From Anaeramoeba ignava BMAN (lineage: Eukaryota > Protista > Anaeramoebae), in NCBI GenBank assembly GCA_028826165.1, contig JAPDFW010000060.1, forward strand, positions 248,001 through 312,000: 64,000 nucleotides of DNA, written 5' to 3'. A program made the translations under genes and the position numbers. This document shows, one piece after another, positions 38,353 through 52,694 of the stretch. Position 1 is the stretch's first letter, and each line of letters begins with the position of its first letter. The notes below the pieces were generated by a model that was not told the DNA's origin, made no database searches, and was given only the letters and a program-made list of their open reading frames with translations.

Positions 38353-41300
38353 ATGGAAAATAATAATAAACCACAAACACAAATTCAAACACAAATTCAA
38401 ACACAAATTCAAAATGAAAATGAAAATGATAATGAAAATGAAAATGAAAATGAAAATGAAAATGAAAATGAAAATCAAATTCAAAATGAAAATGAAAATG
38501 AAAATGAAAATCAAAATGAAAATCAAAATCAAAATCAAAATCAAAATCAAAATCAAAATCAAAATCAAAATCAAAATCAAAATCAAAATCAAAATCAAAA
38601 TCAAAATCAAAATCAAATTCAAAATCAAAATCAAATTCAAAATGAAAATGAAAATGAAAATGAAAATGAAAATCAAAATGAAAATGAAAATCAAAATCAA
38701 AATCAAAATCAAAATCAAAATCAAAATCAAAATGAAAATCAAAATGAAAATGAAAATGAAAATCAAAATGAAAATCAAAATGATAATAATGAAAATCAAA
38801 ATCAAATTCAAATCAAAATCAAATTGAAAATGAAAATGAAAATGAAATTGAAAATGAAAATGAAAATCAAAATCAAAATCAAAATCAAAATCAAAATCAA
38901 AATCAAAATCAAAATCAAAATCAAAATCAAAATCAAAATCAAAATCAAAATCAAAATCAAATTGAAAATCAAAATCAAAATCAAAATGAAAATGAAAATG
39001 ATAATGAAAATGAAAATCAAAATGAAAATGAAAATCAAAATCAAATTGAAAATCAAATTCAAAATCAAAATCAAATTGAAAATGAAAATGAAAATGAAAA
39101 TCAAAATGAAAATCAAAATCAAAATCAAAATCAAAATCAAAATCAAAATCAAAATCAAAATCAAAATCAAAATCAAAATCAAAATCAAAATCAAAATCAA
39201 AATCAAAATCAAAATCAAAATCAAAATCAAAATCAAAATCAAAATCAAAATCAAAATGAAAATGAAAATGAAATGAAAATCGAAATCAATGATAATGAAA
39301 ATCAAAATCAAAATCAAATTCAAAATGAAAATGAAAATGAAAATGAAAATCAAATCAAAATCAAAATCAAAATCAAAATCAAAATCAAAATCAAAATCAA
39401 AATGAAAATCAAAATCAAATTGAAAATCAAATTGAAAATCAAAATAAAAATAAAATTGAAAATCAAAATCAAAATCAAAATCAAAATCAAATTCAAAATC
39501 AAATTGAAAATCAAAATCAAATTGAAAATGAAAATGAAAATGAAAATGATAATGAAAATGAAAATCAAACACAAATTCAAATTCAAAATGAAAATCAAAA
39601 TCAAAATCAAAATCAAAATCAAAATCAAAATCAAAATGAAAATCAAATTCAAATTCAAAATCAAATTCAAAATCAAAATGAAAATCAAAATCAAAATCAA
39701 AATCAAAATCAAAATCAAAATCAAAATCAAAATCAAAATCAAAATCAAAATCAAAATAAAAATAAAATTGAAAATCAAAATAAAAATCAAATTGAAAATC
39801 AAAATCAAAATCAAAATCAAATTCAAATTCAAATTCAAAATCAAATTGAAAATCAAAATCAAAATCAAAATCAAAATCAAAATCAAAATCAAATTCAAAT
39901 TCAAAATCAAATTGAAAATCAAAATAAAAATAAAAATGATAAAGAAATTAGTAAAGAAACTAAAGCTGAATTTGGATTTGAGTTTAAATTTGGAGATGAA
40001 AATGCTTTTAATCAAAAATGGGAAAATTTAAATAAAAATGATATCTCAGAAGTAAGTTTATTTTATTTTCCAAAAAAATTTATATCAAAATAAATATAAA
40101 TAAAAATATAAAAATATAAATATAAAAAAGAATAAAAGTGATGATATTATTGAATTTTGTTTATTATTTCAAGAATTATTTCAAAATTGGAAACCACTTG
40201 AATCACAAAAAAGTCAAAATGGAAATGAATTTGAAAAATATTTTGAACCAAAAGAAATTCAGAAAGCAGTTTTAGAAAAACAAGCTCATTCATTAGAAAT
40301 TATTAGTTTTATTTTGAGAACTTTACTTAGATCAAATATACTTATTCAAGGTTAATTTCTAATTTCTTTTTTCTTTTTAAAAATCAAAATTAAAAATCAA
40401 AATCAAAATAAAAATTTAGATATGGTTCAAAATTGGAAAGAAGATGAAAATTTAAAAATCAAAAGAATTCAAAATGAAGAAATCAATCCACATAAAAATT
40501 TAATTTCTTTATCAGTTATTATAATTCTTTCAAGATCAAAATTTAATCGACAAATATTAACTGAAAGTGGAATTTTGGAAATTATTTTTGAATTAATGGA
40601 AAATGCAAAAAATAATATTTTACCATTAATATTAAATTTAAGAGTAAAGAAATATTTTAAAACAAAAATAATTATGAAAATTAATCAATTCTTTTTTTAA
40701 AATTCAAAAACAAAATAATTTAGAAATTAAATGAAAAAATTTCAAATTATTATTTGTTTGAAGTTCAATTTATTCTTTTAAACAGTATGGAAGTTTTGAA
40801 AAATTTTTTAAAAACAAAAGATGTTTATCCAAACAAAGAAATTTTACAACGAATTAAAAATTCAAAAATAATTTCATCAATGATTGGTAATTAATATCAA
40901 AAAATATCAAAAATTAATTATTGAAAATTTTTTTATTTAAATTGTTTTTTGAATTAAAAAAAAATAATTTAAATAGATTGGTTAACAATTTTTTTAGGAT
41001 TGAAAAAACAATTTATTTTTACAAAAAAATTATATAATATTCAATTATCAATTTTTCAAAATATTGAAAGTTGTTATGAATTTGGATTATTAATAGAAAA
41101 AGAAAAGATGGATTTTATTTTACTTTTCTTAAAATTTTTTCCAGTTCCTCAATTATCAAAACTTCCAACTATTGGAATTGATGATAAAGATGAATATATT
41201 AAATCAAACCAAAATCAAAAATTAAAAAAAAAAGAAATTCAAATTCAAATTGAAAAAGGAAATGAAATACAAATTCAAAAATTAACACAATATATTAAAG

Positions 41301-44300
41301 TCAAATTCAAACTTATTATTAATATTAAAACAAAAATCGAAAATCAAATTCAAAATCAAAATCAAAATCAAAATCAAAATCAAAATCAAAATGATAATGA
41401 AAATCAAAATCAAGATCAAACACAAAATCAAAATCAAAATCAAAATCAAAATCAAAATCAAATTGAAGATAAAAAAGAGAAAAATATTCACTCATACGGT
41501 ATAGATGAATGGGTTTTTGTAGATGTGAATCAAAATCAAAATCAAATTCAAATTCAAATTCAAAATATAAATCAAAATCAAAATCAAAATCAAAATCAAA
41601 ATCAAAATCAAAATCAAAATCAAATTCAAATTCAAAATCAAAATCAAAATCAAAATCAAAATCAAAATCAAAATCAAAATCAAAATCAAAATCAAAATCA
41701 AAATGAAAATCAAAATCAAAATGAAAATAAAATCAAAATTCAAAAATCAAAAACCAAATTCAAAATTGAAAATCAAAATCTAAAAAATCAAAAATCAAAA
41801 TCAAAATCAAAATCAAAAATCAAAATTAAATTCAAAATTTCAAATTGAAAATCATAAATTGAAAATCAAAATCAAAATCAAAATCAAAATCAAAATCAAA
41901 ATCAAAACAAATTCAAATGAAAATCAAAAATAAAAATGAAAATGAAATTCAAATTGAAAATTTTAAAAATTGAAAATCAAGAAAATTGAAAATTTTCAAA
42001 TCGAAAATCTAAATCAAAATCAAAATTCAAATGAAAAATCAAAATCTGGATTTTTTTGAAACAAATTTTTTTGAATTTAATCCAAACATTCAAATAGAAG
42101 AAAATTCATATATTTTGGAAAATTTTAAAATTTTAAAATCTGATGCAATTCATATAGAATGTGATTTTCGTTCAAATATTCTTGATTTTTTTAATTTTGT
42201 TATTGAAGAAGAAAATATAATTGAACAAATTGCAAATAATAAAAATTTTTTATATATTGAGGATGTTATTCTTTGGATTTCTTATGCTTTCAAACCAAAA
42301 TTAAAAGAAAATAAAAATACAAATTATATTCAAAATGATAAAGGAGAATATTCAAATTCAAATTCTTTAACAAAATCTTTAAACCAAAAAAAAATATTAA
42401 ACAATTCAAAACTTAAAAAAATAAAATCTGATGCAAATCCAAAATCAATTTCAAATTCAAAACCAAAAATAAACTTCAGATAAATTCAAAATTAAATTCA
42501 AATTCAAATTCAAAAATTAACTCAAAAACCAAAATCAAATCATAAAAGAAATAAAAAATAACCACATCAAAACAATATAAAAATAAAAAATAAAATAAAA
42601 TAAAGATAAAAATAAAGATAAAAATAAAGATAAAGATAAAAATAAAAGATAAAGATAAAGATAAAGATAAAAATAAAGATAAAAATAAAAATAAAAATAA
42701 AAAAGAATAAAGATAAAAATAAAATCATAAAAGATAAAACATTCAAATAAAGATAAAAAACCAAAATCAAAATTAAAATAAAAATTAAAAATCAAATACA
42801 AAATTAAATTCAAAATCAAAATCAAATCATAAAAGAAAACATTCACATTCAAAACAAGATAAAAATAAAGATAAAGATAAAAATAAAGATAAAGATAAAG
42901 ATAAAAATAACAAAGAATCAAAATCAAAATCAACTTCAAATTCAAATTCAAAATTAAATTCAAAACCAAAATCAAATCATAAAAGAAAACATTCACATTC
43001 ACATTCAAAAAAAAAGGAAAGATCAAAATTGAAAAATCAAAATCAAAATCAAAATCAAAAAGAAAAAAAAATTTCAGAAATTAAATTATATAATCCTTAT
43101 TTGGATATGATTTTTAGAGATCTAAGAAACTTCCAATACATAAAATCATCAACTCAAATAAATTCATCAACAGAAAATATTAGAAAAGAATTGGATAAGT
43201 TTACAAATAAAACAAAAATAAAAGTTAATAATTTTAAAGAAAGATTAATCCTAATTTATCTTGATTTATTCAACGATCCAGAACAATCAAATTCTCTCCA
43301 TCTTTTATCAAATCAAAAAATTATTAAATTTCAACAATATTTCAAAAATGTTTATCCTGAACTTCAAATGTATGTTTTATTTGAATTGAAGAAAATAATT
43401 ATTGATAATGATGAAAAAACTCTCAAATTTTTTCAAGAAAATAATGGATGGAAAGTTTTATTTTCTGATTATTTTATTAGAACTAAAATCAATCACTTAA
43501 ATGTAATTAATAATTAATAATTAAAAATGAAATTAATAAAAAAACAAATTTTATTTATAAATTCTATTATTATTATTATTTTTAGATTGAAGAAAAATGA
43601 AATGAATACAAATTTACAAACATTATTACTTAATTTTACTTTCAGCACAATCTCAAAATATCAAAATTATTTTGATTATCAAATTTTATCAAATCAATTT
43701 ATTCAAAACAATACCATAATTTCAAATTTAACATTATTAAATAAATTTTTGGAAATGAATCTTGAAATTATAAAATTCAATCGTCAAATATCAGCAAACA
43801 AATTTATTTCTTATTTCCCGTTTGAAACAGTTAAAAATATCATATTTAAAATTGACAATAAAAATAAAAAAGGAAAAGAAATAGATCAAACAATCAAGTT
43901 ATATTTAAATTTTTTAGATCAATTATTCCAAAATGGATCTATTGAAACTATTTACGAAATACCACAAATTATCAATTTTTTATTTGAACCAACTTTATTT
44001 TCATTTATTCAAGAAATCGCTTTAACTCATATTCCAATTTTTTTTGAAAAAACCAAAAATTTTCTGAACAAAGTCAATTTTTTATTTCTTATTTATTTCA
44101 ACAATTAATTGCATTATGTGATAAATTCAATCCAGAAAAAAAACAAGAAAAAATCAAAGAAAAAATCAAAGAAGATCAATTTATTTTTATTGAAAATCTT
44201 TTTGAAAAATGTTCAAAATCAATCTTCAAAAATTCCAAAATTATACAAGAAATTTTTTTAAAATCAAATTTATTTTTTTACATTAAATCATTTTTAGATT

Positions 44301-47300
44301 ATGGTGAATCTAAATCTACTTATCTCATTTTATTAATTTTAAGAGAAGTTATGAGAAATAATGAAATGATTTCAAATGAATTTTACAAAATTAATTTCGA
44401 TCTCATATTTCAAATTGCTTCTTTTAAAATCTGAAAATGGAAAACCAACAAAAAAATATTTTCAAATACTTATGGATTTGATGGTTGATAATGGAAAATT
44501 TTCAATTGAAGATAATTTTATTATCAGAAATAGAAATATGATAAATGTTATTCTTTCACATTATTCTGAAAATTTTAATGATTTAAAATATTTATTTAGT
44601 AATGAATTTGAAAACAATGAAGAAATTAATCAAGAAATTGATAAAGAAATTGATAAAGAAATTGATAAAGAAATTGATAAAGAAATTGATAAAGAAATTG
44701 ATAAAGAAATTGATAAAGAAATTAATAAAGAAATTGATCAAGATTATGAAGGAAAATTCACTCTTCTTGAAGTTATCAAAACATTTAACCAAATTTGTGA
44801 AAAATCAATTCATAATATTTATTGTTGTTGTGAACAAGGAATTGTTTCTTTTTTAATTAAATTAATTCCCAAAATCCAAAATTTAGATTTATTCAATCAA
44901 TGTATTGAATTTATTTCTCAACTTGGATCATATAAAATTTCTGTTTCTGAAATGAAAGAATATTTCTCATTTCTAAAATATCAATTAAGAAGAAAAAGAA
45001 ATGAAAAAACAAATCAATTTTCATATCAAATGTTGATTGGATTGAAAAAGATGATAAATAGTAAAAAAGGATTTCCAATTAATTTCTTTGATTTTTATGA
45101 AGAAAATTCAGAAATAAAACTTCCAAATTTAGATAATAATTTAATTTCTGAAAAATTCACTTTTTGTACTTGGATTAGAATTGAAGATATTGGAAGAAGA
45201 AGATTTTATATATCAGAAAATAATGAAATGGAAAGAAATTATAATCCAAGAATATTTAGTTTCTTAACAGAAAATTTACAAGGATTTGAATTATTTTTGC
45301 AATTAAACAAAGAGAACAAAAAAGTAAAATCATTTGTTTATCAAATTTATTTAAATAGCAAAATTCGAAGAAATGAAAAAATTAAAGTAATTAAAGCATT
45401 TCGAACAAAATTTATTATTGAAATTGAAAATAAAAAATGGTATTTTTTATGTTTATCACAAAAAAAAATATCAAATTCGGAATTTGAAATATCACTTTAT
45501 ATAAATGAAGAAAAAAAATCAAATAAAATCAAAATTCCACAAAAAATCAAATTTAAAAAAGATTTCACAAACAATAAAATTGGATCAAATTTACCATTTA
45601 TCAATAAAAAAGATCAAGAAAAAGAAAAAGAAAAAAAAGAAAAAGAAAATCAAGAAAATGAAAAAGAAAAAGAAAATCAAGAAAAAGAAAAAGAAAAAGA
45701 AAATCAAGAAAAAGAAAAAGAAAAAGAAAAAGAAAAAGAAAAAGAAGAAAATGAAAATGAAAATGAAAATGAAAAAGAAACATTCCAAAATTCATTTTAT
45801 GGACAAATGGGAAAAATTTATCTTTTTCAAGAAATTTTGAATGAAAATCAAATTAAAGCATTTTATTTTCTTGGATCAAATTACAATTCATTTTTTTATA
45901 AAAATGAAATTAGCAAATACTCTAATTCAAAATTGAAACAAGAATTAAAAGAACTTTTTACTGAAAAAACCAAAAAATTAATAATTTATAATAATCCACA
46001 AACAGTTAAAGAAAATTTATGTTTAAATCAAAGTCCAGCAAAAATAATAAATCAATCATCACAAATAACAAATATTTATTCGTTTACTAAAACTAATTTC
46101 GAAGATATTATTCATTGCTTAGGAGGAATTCAATCATTTTTTTATTTAATTCTTGAAATTGATGAGTTATTTGAAGAAGAAAACAAAATTGAAAAAGAAA
46201 ACAAAATTAATATAAAAAGAATTTTGGAAGAATTTTTAATAATAATTCAAGATATTTTATTAATTAGTTCTGATTTCCAAAAAGAAATGGTTCAAAAACA
46301 AGGATTTCAATTATTCAATAATTTAATCAAGCAAATAAATCCAAAATATCTTTCAATTCAAATTTGTGATTTCATTAATAATTTAAAAAAGCAAATCAAA
46401 AATTATCAATTTAATAGATATTTGAAAACTTACTTAATTTTGGATTTTGAAATATGGAATCGTTTAAGTTCCGAAATTCAATATAAATTATTTGAAATTA
46501 TCCAAATTTATATTAAAAATCAAATTAATACTGAAAATCAAAAAAAATCAAATTCAAAATCAAAATGAAAATCTAAATCTTAATATTAAAATTAAGGAAA
46601 AGGATGAAATATTAAAAATTATTTCTATTATAAATGAAATAAAAAAATATGAAATGAACAAATTATCAAAAAATAATTCATCAAATATTACATTTATTGA
46701 TTTACTTATTTCATTGAATTATTATGATAAAATTTTATATAAAATAAAACAAAAAGAGCAAAAGAAATCTTCAAATTATCAAGAACAAATTATGATAATA
46801 CTCAAAAAAATATTTTTACTAATTGAAATTAATTTGGATATTATGCAATTTAATTTACAAACCAAATATATTTATTATTTAGTTAATACATCTTTCATTT
46901 TCGAAAATCAATTTTTTATTGAAAGTATACTTGAAATTATTACAAAAATGATAAACAAAAATTATAAAGAATTTTGGAAACAATTATTCTCAGTTAATTT
47001 ATTCAATTCATTTATTCAAATAATGAAAGAAGCTGAAACAACAAAAATAATTCAATTATGTCTTGAAATTATTTATTATATTGATATCTCTTTGAATGAA
47101 AATAAAACAATAATTGAAAAATTGAAAAATTGGAAAAGAAATTGGAAAAGAAAAAAATTTTCGAAATTGATAAATTTAAAGATATTTATCCTTTAATTCA
47201 TAATATAATAATTGATGAAAAAGAAAATATTTCAAAAGATATTATTGATATTCTTTTCAAAATGATGATTTATGAAAATAGAACTGATACATCTAAATCA

Positions 47301-50300
47301 AAAATTATTAAAAATACATTTATTTTCGAAACAATTTCTCAACTTTTCATTCAAATACCAAAATTAATTGATATTCAAAATTTGGACAATTTATTTAATT
47401 TATTAAAAGAAAATAATTCCAATAAAGAACAAATTATTTCACAATTTGGATGGCAACAATGGTTAATTTCTTTACTACATATCGATATTCAAGAATCAAA
47501 AAAATATTCAATTAATCAAGAAAATAATTTTGGAAATAATAATCAAAATCAAAATCAAAATTCTGAACAAGATGATTTAAATTCAATTCTTTCAGAAAAT
47601 GAAAATCAAAAAGAAATTCAAAATAAAAATGATTTGAATGAAATTATTTCAGAAAATGAAAATCAAAAAGAAATTCAAAATAATGATTTGGATGAAATTA
47701 TTTTCAAAATTTTGAATATATTACTTACTTATTCTTTCCTCAATTCATTTTATAATTTTCCAGAAATATTTGAACAATTTATTTCATCAGTTTATTTAAT
47801 TAATTTTTCAACAAAAGAAAAAATTCCCAAAATAATTCAAAAAGTATTGAATGATATAATTTTGAATATTATTAAAAATACAAATCAAAATGATAAAATG
47901 ATTCAACAAAAACAACAACAAATATTTGATCAATCATTTACCATACTATCAAATATTCAAAATATTTCAAAAGAAAAAACTTCAAATAATTTATTTTATT
48001 TAATTCAAGTATTAAATGGAGTTATTTTTAATCCATCAAATGATCAATTTCAATTTTACAACCCAGAAAAAAAAGAAAATAAATTTATTCAAACAACAGT
48101 TTCAAAACAATTTTCAACAATTACAAAAAAGAATCAAAAACAACAAAATAGCAATATTATGGATAATTTTTTTGAATTTGGAAAAAAAATAGAAATATTT
48201 GAAAAAGAAATTGTGAAAAATTTAATTATTTTATTAAAAGAATATGAATTTTTTGAAAAAAAAGGAATTCAATTTGAAAAAAAAGATGAAAAAAAAATAA
48301 CTTACAAAATTATCGTTTTCTTAATTTTATTTACAATTCCAAAATCAGATGTTGAATTAACAAAATTTCTTGTTTCAAAATTAAATTATTTAATCAAACA
48401 ACTCAATTCCAGAAACAAATTATTTAAATATTCAAAAGAATTAATTAAAATATGTTCTTCTTTTTTATTTTCTTATATTCAAAATCAAAATCAAAATCAA
48501 ATTCAAATTCAAAATCAAAATCAAAATCAAATTGAAAATGAAAGAAAAGTAAAAAGGAATACTTTATTATCATTTTTACAAGTATTAATGCAAGAAAATT
48601 ATAATTTTTTCTTTCAATTATTTTCAAGTCAAAACAAAAAGAATTCATTACTTCCTAAAGAATATGCAAATTTATTTATATTTTCACTTCAAAATTCCGA
48701 AAATTTTGAAAATTTTGAAGAAGAAATAATGAAAGAAAAATGGAAAAAAGCAATAAAAAATGTTTTCTTTCAAACAAATCAAAAAATTATAGAAGATATA
48801 CAAGAAAATGAAAAAGAATTTATTAAAATACAATCAAATAATAGTTACTTTTTGAAACATTTAATTGATAAAGAAATTCAAAACAAAAAAAATAAAATTG
48901 AACCAATTTCAGAAGAATTTGAAAAACAAAAACAAATTCTTATTTTAAAAAAAAGAAAAATTTTCAAATCAGAAACTAAACAAAGAAGAAAATTAATTAA
49001 TTTACAAAAATTCAAAAAAATAATTGAAAATTCAATTTCAAGAAAATATCCATGGAGTTCAAATTTAATAAGTATTTTCGATTTTAAATTTGAAAAACAA
49101 AATTTTTATATTAAACTTTCAGAAATTGAAGATGAAATGAGAAGACAAAAAAAATTAAAATTTTATTCAAAAAATCAAAATCAAAATCAAAATCAAAATC
49201 AAAGAAAGAATTTAAAAAGATTAAATCAAAAAATTAAAAGAAAAATAATTAAAATTTCAAAAGAATTATCACAAAATGTATCTGAAAATGCAAACCAAAA
49301 TGAAAATCAAAATACCAAAATCAAAAATAATTATTCATTTTCAACAAAATGTGAATTAATTTCAAAAACCAAATTAACAAATGGAATATTTGAATTTACA
49401 AAAAATTCAATCAATTTTTTTACTAATTTTGATTTAGAAAAAGAAAAAGAAAAAGAAAAAGAAAAGAATTATTCATGGAAAATCGAAATAATTCAATCAA
49501 TTCATAAAAGAAGATATAATTTAAAACATTCAGCTTTAGAAATATTTTTTGAAAATGATAGAAAATGTTTATTTTTCAATTTTGAAACAACAGAAAAAAG
49601 AAATGAAATTTATGAAAAAATTCAAAATCATAAATTAGTAAATATTGATTTAACAAAATATAATTATTCAGGAAATCAAGCAACAAAATGGGTTAACAAA
49701 ACAGAAACTACAAAATGGCAAGAAAGAAAAATATCTAATTTTGAATATATTATGTATTTAAATACAATATCAGGAAGAACATATCAAGATCTTTCTCAAT
49801 ATCCAATTTTTCCCTGGATTATTTCAGATTATGAATCTAAAAAATTAAATCTTAAAAATCCAAAAACATTTAGAGATTTATCAAGACCTATTGATATGTT
49901 AAACAAAAGAATAATTCCTAAAGAAACACATACAAAAGAAAAAGAAAAAGAAAAAGAAAAAGAAAAAGAAAAAGAAAAAGAAAAAGAAAAATATTATTCA
50001 AATAAAGAAATTGTTTCATCTTATTTGATTAGATTAGAACCATTTACTTCAATTTGTTTAAAAGAAAAATATTCAATTTTCAAATCAATTCCAAAAACAT
50101 GGAAAGCAATTAAAGAAATAAATAATAACAATAATAATAATAATGAAAATGAAAATGATAATGATTTTATTGGGGAACTTATTCCAGAATTTTTCCATTT
50201 ACCAGATTTCTTAAGAAAACCAAAAATATTTAAACATAAAAATAATTTAAATTCAAATTCAAATTCAAATTCAAATTCAAATTCAAATAAAATTGAAGAT

Positions 50301-52011
50301 ATTGAACTTCCAAAATGGGCTAAAACACCGGAACATTTTATTCAAATACAAAAAGAAGCACTTGAATCAGAATATGTTTCACAACATCTTAATGAATGGA
50401 TTGATTTAATATTTGGATATAAACAAAAAGGAAAAGAAGCTAAAAAAATAGATAATTTATTTTGTTCAAATTTATATCAAGAAAATACCAATTTTTCAAA
50501 ATTGAAAGAAGAAGAAATTGAAAAAATTAAAAAAGAAATGAAAAGAAAAGGACAAATTCCAATTCAATTATTTACAAAAAATCATCCAAAAAGATTAACA
50601 AAAAGAAATTCAAAAACAAAAATATTATGAATGGAAAGATATTTTATTACTAAATGAAACTTTGAATCTCAAGCATTTAAGCTTCAAAATAAGTTCAAAT
50701 CCAATAATATTTACAAAATTTGTTCAACAACTTTTTGTAAGTTCATTTACATCAGTTCCCGATAAAATTATTACACTTGATAAAGAAGGAATTATTGGAA
50801 GTCATCAATTTCATATACTTGGTTCTGATCCTTTAAATCCACAATTCCATTTTGCTATTGATAAAAAATTCTTAATCCAAAAAGAAAACCAAAATCAAAA
50901 TCAAAATCAAAATCAAAATCAAAATCAAAATCAAATTAAAATTAAAAATCAAAAACAAAAACAAAATCAAATTAAAAATGAAAATCAAAATAAAAATCAA
51001 AATCAAAATCAAAATGAAATTAAAAATCAAAAACAAAATCAAAATCAAAATAAAAATCAAAACCAAAATCAAAATCAAATTGAAAACCAAAATCAAATTA
51101 AAATTAAAAATCTAAATCAAAATCAAATTAAAAATGAAAATCAAAATAAAAATCAAAATCAAAACGAAAATAAAAATCAAAACCAAAATCAAAATCAAAA
51201 TGAAAATAAAATTCAAATTCAAATTCAAATTCAAATTCCAGTTCCATTTTCACAAGATTTTGATAATTCTGAAGAATGTTTAGAAATTGATAAAAAATCC
51301 AGATATTTAATTTCTTGTGGATTTGATGATAATACTTTTAAATTAATTAAAATTGAAAATTGCGAAATATCTCAAAATATTTCAAAACATAAAGATATTG
51401 CAACTTGTTTAAAAATGAATAAAAAATATCTTGTTACAGGATCAAAAGATACAACAGTAATTGTTTGGGATATTGAAGAACAAGGAAAAATAAAAAATAA
51501 GATTCAAGTCAAAGAAAAACCAAAACATATTTTTTTTGAACATGAAAAAGAGGTTAAAAGTGTCGCAATTTCAGCTGAATATGATATTGTTTTAAGTGGA
51601 TCTATTGATGGGAAATTAATATTTCATTCATTAAACAAAGGAAAACTTATTCAATCAATAATTTTATCAGATCAAAAACCAATTTCAATTATCAAAATAA
51701 CAAAAGAAGGAAATATTATTACATTTTCAGAAAATTCCAAAATATTAAGATTATTTACAATTAATGGTTATTTACTAAAAGAAATTGATTATTCTCAAAA
51801 TATTTATTCAATTTCAATTACTCAAGATTCAAAATTTATATTTTTAGGAGGAGAAAAAGGAATTTTTGAAATTAGGAATATGTTTGATTTACAATCAATT
51901 TTTAATTTTAATTTCGAAAAAACAATTTATTCAATTTCATTGATTGAAAATTTATTTTTAGTTATTATTGGATTTGAAAATGGAGAAATCAAAATTTTAT
52001 CTTTTTTTTAA
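38353..52011 (+). CDS. BEACH-domain protein paralog 2 (poly-QN N-terminus, ConA-like, PH-BEACH-WD40); several frameshifts in this assembly
   Basis: Introns 40052-40130, 40351-40419, 40644-40723, 40887-40976 and 43503-43585 match paralog 1 in position and phase. ConA-like FTFCTWIRIE...SFYGQMGKIYLF; BEACH and WD40 motifs present. Slips in the QN tracts and at about 43595, 44060, 44390, 46545, 47128 and 50605, so a pseudogene cannot be excluded. Confidence 0.75.
38400..39940 (+). repeat. ~1.5-kb coding QN/EN hexamer tract
   Basis: (caaaat/gaaaat)n directly after the ATG of paralog 2. Confidence 0.85.
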
Positions 52012-52019
52012 AAAAAAAC

Positions 52020-52560
52020 AATTTAAAAAAAGAAAAACAATTTAAATTCAAATTCAAATTAAAATTTAAATCAAAATCAATTCAAAATCAAAAAAATTCA
52101 AATTCAAAAAATCAAAAATTAAAAAATCAAAAAAATCAATTCAAATTCAAATCAAAATCAAAAAATTCAAATTCAAAATTCAAAATTCAAATTCAAATTC
52201 AAAAATCAAAATTAAATTTAAATTTAAATTCAAAAAATCAAAATCAAAATTCAAAAATTTCAAAATCAAAAAATTAAATTTAAAAAAATCAAATTCAAAT
52301 TCAAATTCAAATCCAAAAATTCAAATTCAAATTAAAATCAAATTCAAATTCAAATTCAAATTAAAATCAAAAATTAAATTTAAATTCAAATTTCAAAATC
52401 AAAATTAAAATTTCAAAATTCAAAATCAAATCAAAATTAAAATTCAAATTAAAATTCCAAAATTCAAAATCAAAATCAAATTCAAAAAGAAAATTAAAAA
52501 AAATCAAATTCAAATTTCAAATTTCAAAATTAAAATTTTAAAAATGAAAATTAAATTTGT
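52020..52560. repeat. Intergenic degenerate aaattc/aaaatc microsatellite
   Basis: Low-complexity hexamer-derived tract between two genes. Confidence 0.7.
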
Positions 52561-52694
52561 TTCACAATTTTTTTTTTAAAAATTTAATTTTCATTTTTTT
52601 ATTTTTGGATTGGTAAAAAAATAATTAAAAAAAAAAAAGCAAAAAAATTAATTCATTTTCCTCTTTTTTTTTTAATTTAAAACACAAAAGAAAA

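Noticed and set aside
44073-44135. Possible extra intron gtcaat...ccag in BEACH paralog 2
   Set aside because: The shifted frame reads SQFFISYLFQQLIAL, matching paralog 1 SHFIAYLIQKILVL, so it is coding sequence after a frameshift.
37115-50630. Programmed +1 frameshifting at stop codons (GAA-TAG 37128, AAA-TGA near 43595 and 46563), Euplotes-style
   Set aside because: Slips occur in both directions and sit in A/T homopolymers. Paralog alignment places several well upstream of the stop, and AAA-TGA is expected by chance in shifted EN repeats. Long-read indel error is simpler; accurate reads would settle it.
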